The notes under the pieces were generated by a model. That model had not been told where the DNA came from, did no database searches, and saw only the letters and a program-made list of their open reading frames with translations. From the human T2T-CHM13v2.0 reference genome, Homo sapiens: a stretch of 64,000 nucleotides of DNA. Made by a program: the position numbers and the translations under genes. Location: assembly GCF_009914755.1 (NCBI RefSeq), contig NC_060927.1; one strand, given 5' to 3'. This document shows positions 59,336-64,000 of this stretch, piece after piece; position 1 is the first letter of the stretch; each line of letters starts with the position of its first letter.

Positions 59336-59870
59336 GTATTTATTTCCTATTGCTGCTGTGACAAATCACCACAAACTCAAAGGCTTTGAGCAGCACAAAT
59401 AGCTCATCTTACAGTTCTGGAAGTCAGAAGTCTTATAGGACTAAACCAAAGCATTGGCAGGGCTGCCTTCCTCCTGGAGGCTGGGAGAAAAATCCATCTT
59501 CCTGCCTTTTCCAGCCTTTAGAGGTGGCTGCCCACATCACTTGGCTCAAGCCTCTCACTCTGTCTTCGAAGGTAGCAGCACAGTTTGTTGAGAGTTTTTA
59601 TCATAAAGGGGTGCTGAATATTGTCGAATGCTTTTTCTGCATCTTTTGATATGATCATATGGTTTTTGTTTTAATTCTGCTTATGTGATGTATCACATGT
59701 ATTGACTTGTGTATGCTGAACCATCCCTGCATCTCTGGGATGGAACCCACTTGATCACGATGAATTATCTTTCTGATGTGCTGTTGGATTCAGTTAGCTA
59801 ATGTTTTGTTGAGGATTTTTGCATCTATGTTCATCAGGGAAACTGGTCTGTAGTTTTTTTTGTTGTTGTT

Positions 59871-59905
<35 letters not shown>

Positions 59906-60965
59906 CGTGTCCTTTCCTGGTTTTGGTATCAGGGTGATACTGGCTTCATTCTATGAGGATCTCTTCTTTCTCAATATTTTGGAATAGTTTTAGTAGGATT
60001 GGTACCAATTCTTCTTTGAATGTCTGGTAGAATTCAGCTGTGAATCCATCTGCTTTTGGGCTTTTTTTTTGTTGGCAATTTTTAAATTATGGATTCAATC
60101 TCGCTACTTGTTATTGGTCTATTCAGGGTTTCTATTTCTTCCTGATTTAATCTAGGAGAGTTGTGTGTTTCCAGGAATTTACCAGTTTCCTCTGGGTTTT
60201 GTTTGTGCACATACATGTTCGTAGTAGTCTTAAATGATCTTTTGTATTTCTGTGGTGGTGGATGAATATCTCCAGTTTCATTTCTAATTGAGTTTATTTG
60301 GATCTTCTCTCTTCTTCTCTTGGTTAATCTTGTGAGTGGTCTACACAGATTTTATTTTTTCAAAGGACCAGGTTTTTGTTTCATTTATCCTTTGTATTTC
60401 TTTTGTTTCAATTTCATTTAGTTCTGCTCTGATATTTGCTATTTTTTTTCTTCTGCTGGGTTTGGATTTAGTTTGTTCTTGTTTCCCTAGTTCCTTGAGG
60501 TGTGACAGGAGGTTGTCAGTTTGTGCTCTCTCAGACTTTCTGATGCAGGCATTTAACACTATGAACTTTCCTCTTGGGACCGCTTTTCTGTGTCCTGGAG
60601 GTTTTGATAACTTATCTCATTATTATCATTCAATTCAAAGAATTTTCAAATTTCCATTTTGATTTCCCTGTTAACCCAGATGTCATTCAAGAGCAGATTA
60701 TTTATTTCCGTGTGTTTCTATCACATCACTCCACCTTGGCTTCTCTTCCTGCACTCCTTGTTCTGCCCCAACTCTCCTGCCTCCCAATTACAAGGACCCC
60801 TGTGGTTACACTGGGCCCACCTGGACATGCCGGGACAGTTTCCCCACCTCAGGATCCTTAGCTCAATCACATCTGCAAAGGCCCTTTCGCCATAGAAGGT
60901 GACACTATCACAGGTTTGGGGATTAGGGCACGGGCATCTTTGGGGGCTGTTACTCAACCAAAGCA
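59336..60965. mobile_element. MLT1-type LTR (about 59336-59581 and 60715-60965) split by an antisense internal L1 ORF2 fragment (about 59582-60712)
   Basis: MLT1 ends recognisable on both sides; the inner minus-strand translation gives the L1 ORF2 peptide [31 protein letters not shown]. Confidence 0.8.
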
Positions 60966-61309
60966 TAATACCCTTTATCAGATTGGGGGGTTCCCTTCTA
61001 TTCCTACTTGCTAAGAGTTTTATTCAAAAATAAGCTTTGAATTTTATCAAATAATTTTACTGCATCTCTTGAAATGATTATATCATTTCCTTCTTTATTC
61101 TGTTAATGGAAGGTATTACATTGATTGGCTTAAAAATATTCAACCAACTCTGCATTTTTGGAATGATTAGCCTCAAATGACTGCCATTTTTGGGGTGGGC
61201 TCATCTTCACCTAAACACATCAATCATCTTCACATGAATTCTGACCACTCCCAAGTCACCGGACTGCAGGTGCAGTGTCTGACTTCTTAAGCCAGTCTCC
61301 CCATAGCTA

Positions 61310-61470
61310 CTTACAGCTATGGGACCTTGGCAGAGTATCTGACTGCTCTGAGCCTCAGTTCCTCACAGGTAAAATGGGAGTAACCATGATTCCCACCTCC
61401 TTGGGTGGTCAGGAACATTAAATCACAGAAAGTCCCCAGTCTGGCCCATGGCAAGTGCTGGATGCTTGCT
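61310..61470. mobile_element. MIR fragment
   Basis: ctctgagcctcagttcctcacaggtaaaatggg core. Confidence 0.65.
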
Positions 61471-62400
61471 AGCTATCCATTTGCTTTTGTGATGGGGACA
61501 TGGGATGGGCCGCCCATGCGTGTTCATCACCAGTTTGGGAGCATAAAGAATTTTACTTCTCTGCCCCTCTGATCAAGCACCAGGTCCCATGATTCCTAAT
61601 TGAGGGCAAACACCTCTGCCCTGGTTGAGTTGCTAGACAGAAGCAGAAGGGAGAGCGAGTGCAGATTGGGGAGGTGAAGCGGGTGCCTGGCAGTTCCTCC
61701 ACCAGCTGCTTGTGTCCCAGTGTCTGCCACCCAGAGCCTTGGAGCCTCACACTGCCCTCCATGCCCTTGTCCCCGCAGCTGTGCCAGGCTGCACCTCCTT
61801 ACCCCATCCCACCTGCCTGCCCTCTCCCAGAACTTCTGTGACACCAGAGTCACCCTCCCTGTCTTCCAGAGCTGTCCTAGAGTTTTAAATTTATTTTCTA
61901 ACATTTCTGGGGGGTTGGGGTTGGGCTGGTGGGGAAGGCAGCCCATGTGCTCAGTTTACCCTCTCCACCTGACTTCTTGGCTGCTTGAGGCTCACAGGGA
62001 GGCTGCTGGCATCAGCTCCGTCTCTGAATTGCAGTCAGTGTGTAGAATTAGGAGTGGGACAAGAGTCCACCCTGCAAAGCAAAGCTTCACAAGCCCCTCT
62101 CTGGGCCTCTGGGCCCTCCCCAGGCCTGAAGCACTTTGTTCTTGGCCTTCCCTGGGAGGACTGGAGAGGCCTGAAGAGACAGATGCAAGTTCACCTGGAG
62201 GCCCACAGCAAGGGCCATGAGTTCAGTGTCAGCAGACCCTGGTCACCAGGCCCATCACTAACAAACAGCAGGCTCGGCCTCCCTTCTCCATAAGGGAGAC
62301 TCCAGAGGCCTGCAGTGAGGGCTGGCTGAGGGCAGACGTGTGAGACAAGGCTGTGCTCACGAGCTCTCTTTCAGGGGCCAGGGACAGAAGCCCAACTTGA

Positions 62401-62820
<420 letters not shown>

Positions 62821-63714
62821 TAGCTCACCACTTACTATAAAATCAGCTGGAAACCTTACCTGGCTCTCAGGACTCACAGCATCCCACCCATCTTCCCGTC
62901 TGTCACCACTCTTCTTGGGTCTTGGTCAGATAGACTTCTTGGGCTGCTGTGGCAACAGCCTCAGCCACCTCGCCGCCACTTCCACTGCTGCCTGCGTGAA
63001 ATGCCATCCTCTCCTGACACTCTCCGGGTCCTCCAAGGCCCAGCTCAGCCCTCACAGGCCCTCTCCCATCCCACAGGCACCCCCTGCTGCTCAGGCCTTG
63101 TGCCGTCCCTATGGCTGGACCCCTGCAGGTCAGACCCACACACAGCCGCCCACGGCACGCACACACGTGCTCCTCCGGGTGCCTAGGATCCCTGGGCCAG
63201 CACCGACCCCACTCTTGCCCCATCTTCACCCCAGCCTGTCCTCTTGCTTTCCCAGCCCTGAGAGCTGTGAGCCCTGAGTGGGGACAGCCCACTCTTGCTG
63301 CCTTGGGCACCCAGCCCTGCCCCACGTGCCAGGCATGGCAGCCTTCCCAGGGTCGCACCTGGGCTGCCCCACAGACTCCATCACCTCGCCCTGACTCAGG
63401 GCTCAGCGTCTCTGAGATTCCTCACAGCTGTGGTTCCCAAGGCAGCAACAGCTACACTGGCATCTGTAGGGCATGGGTGGAGATGCACAGGCTTCAGCCC
63501 TGCCCAGGCCTCCACATCAGAGACCAGGGCTGGGCCTGTGGGCTGTGATTCCTAGACTGGCTGAGACCCAGAGACTCTCTGACCCACGCCTTGGCCACCC
63601 TACTGTATCTTCTCCAATGAGGCGTTCGGTTTTCCTCTACACTCAAGCCCAGCCTAGCTCGAGGCCTCCCCCACCTTCCACTAAGAGTCTCACCCAACAC
63701 ACTCTCTCCACCAC

Positions 63715-63960
63715 ACCCAACAGGGTCACCAAACGCCATCTTCACCCACCCAACAGGGTCACCGAACCCCAACCTCACCCACCCAACAGGATCACCAAAC
63801 CATACCCTCCCCCACCCAACAGGGTCCCCCACTCAAACCCTCCCCCACCCAGCAGGGTCTCCCACTCACAACCTCCCCTACCCGGCAGGCTCTCCCACTT
63901 ATACCCTCCCCCACCCAGCATCCACCACTCACAACCTCCCCCTCCCGAAAGGGTCCCCCT
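63715..63960. repeat. C-rich 33-bp minisatellite, about 7.5 diverged units, in a CFAP100 intron
   Basis: Anchor ACCCAACAGG or variant at 63715, 63748, 63781, 63814, 63847, 63880, 63913 (exact 33-nt period); partial unit at 63943. Confidence 0.9.
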
Positions 63961-64000
63961 CAGTCTGGCCCTGCCCTCAGTCAGCTGCCCAATGTCTTCT

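Noticed and set aside
63494-63960. Regularly spaced repeats as a CRISPR-like array or repeat protein
   Set aside because: The intervening segments are homologous to one another (tandem minisatellite), the context is a primate intron, and there is no cas gene or coding evidence.

Overview
Mammalian genomic DNA, almost certainly human, judged from primate Alus (including an AluYa5) and protein identity. It matches the KLF15 - CFAP100 (CCDC37) interval, which I recall as 3q21.3. The left end holds the 5' half of KLF15 on the minus strand: large coding exon 2 (348-1454), intron 1 with a GRE/FOX/E-box motif cluster, non-coding exon 1 and a CpG-island promoter near 5.7-6.1 kb. About 37 kb of repeat-rich intergenic DNA follows (Alu, L1, L2/MIR, MaLR LTRs, DNA transposons), with an orphan CpG island carrying a CTCF-like motif at about 37.7-38.1 kb. 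The right part holds the CFAP100 CpG-island promoter with an RFX X-box, non-coding exon 1 and the first three coding exons on the plus strand. Almost all short ORFs in the supplied track are chance or repeat-derived. I see no novel gene system. The best leads are an exact 30-nt CpG-containing duplication straddling the CFAP100 promoter, unusual CFAP100 splice-site architecture, an orphan CpG island/CTCF site, a young AluYa5, a 33-bp minisatellite and several repair-scar signatures. Repeat subfamily names and boundaries are by eye and approximate.
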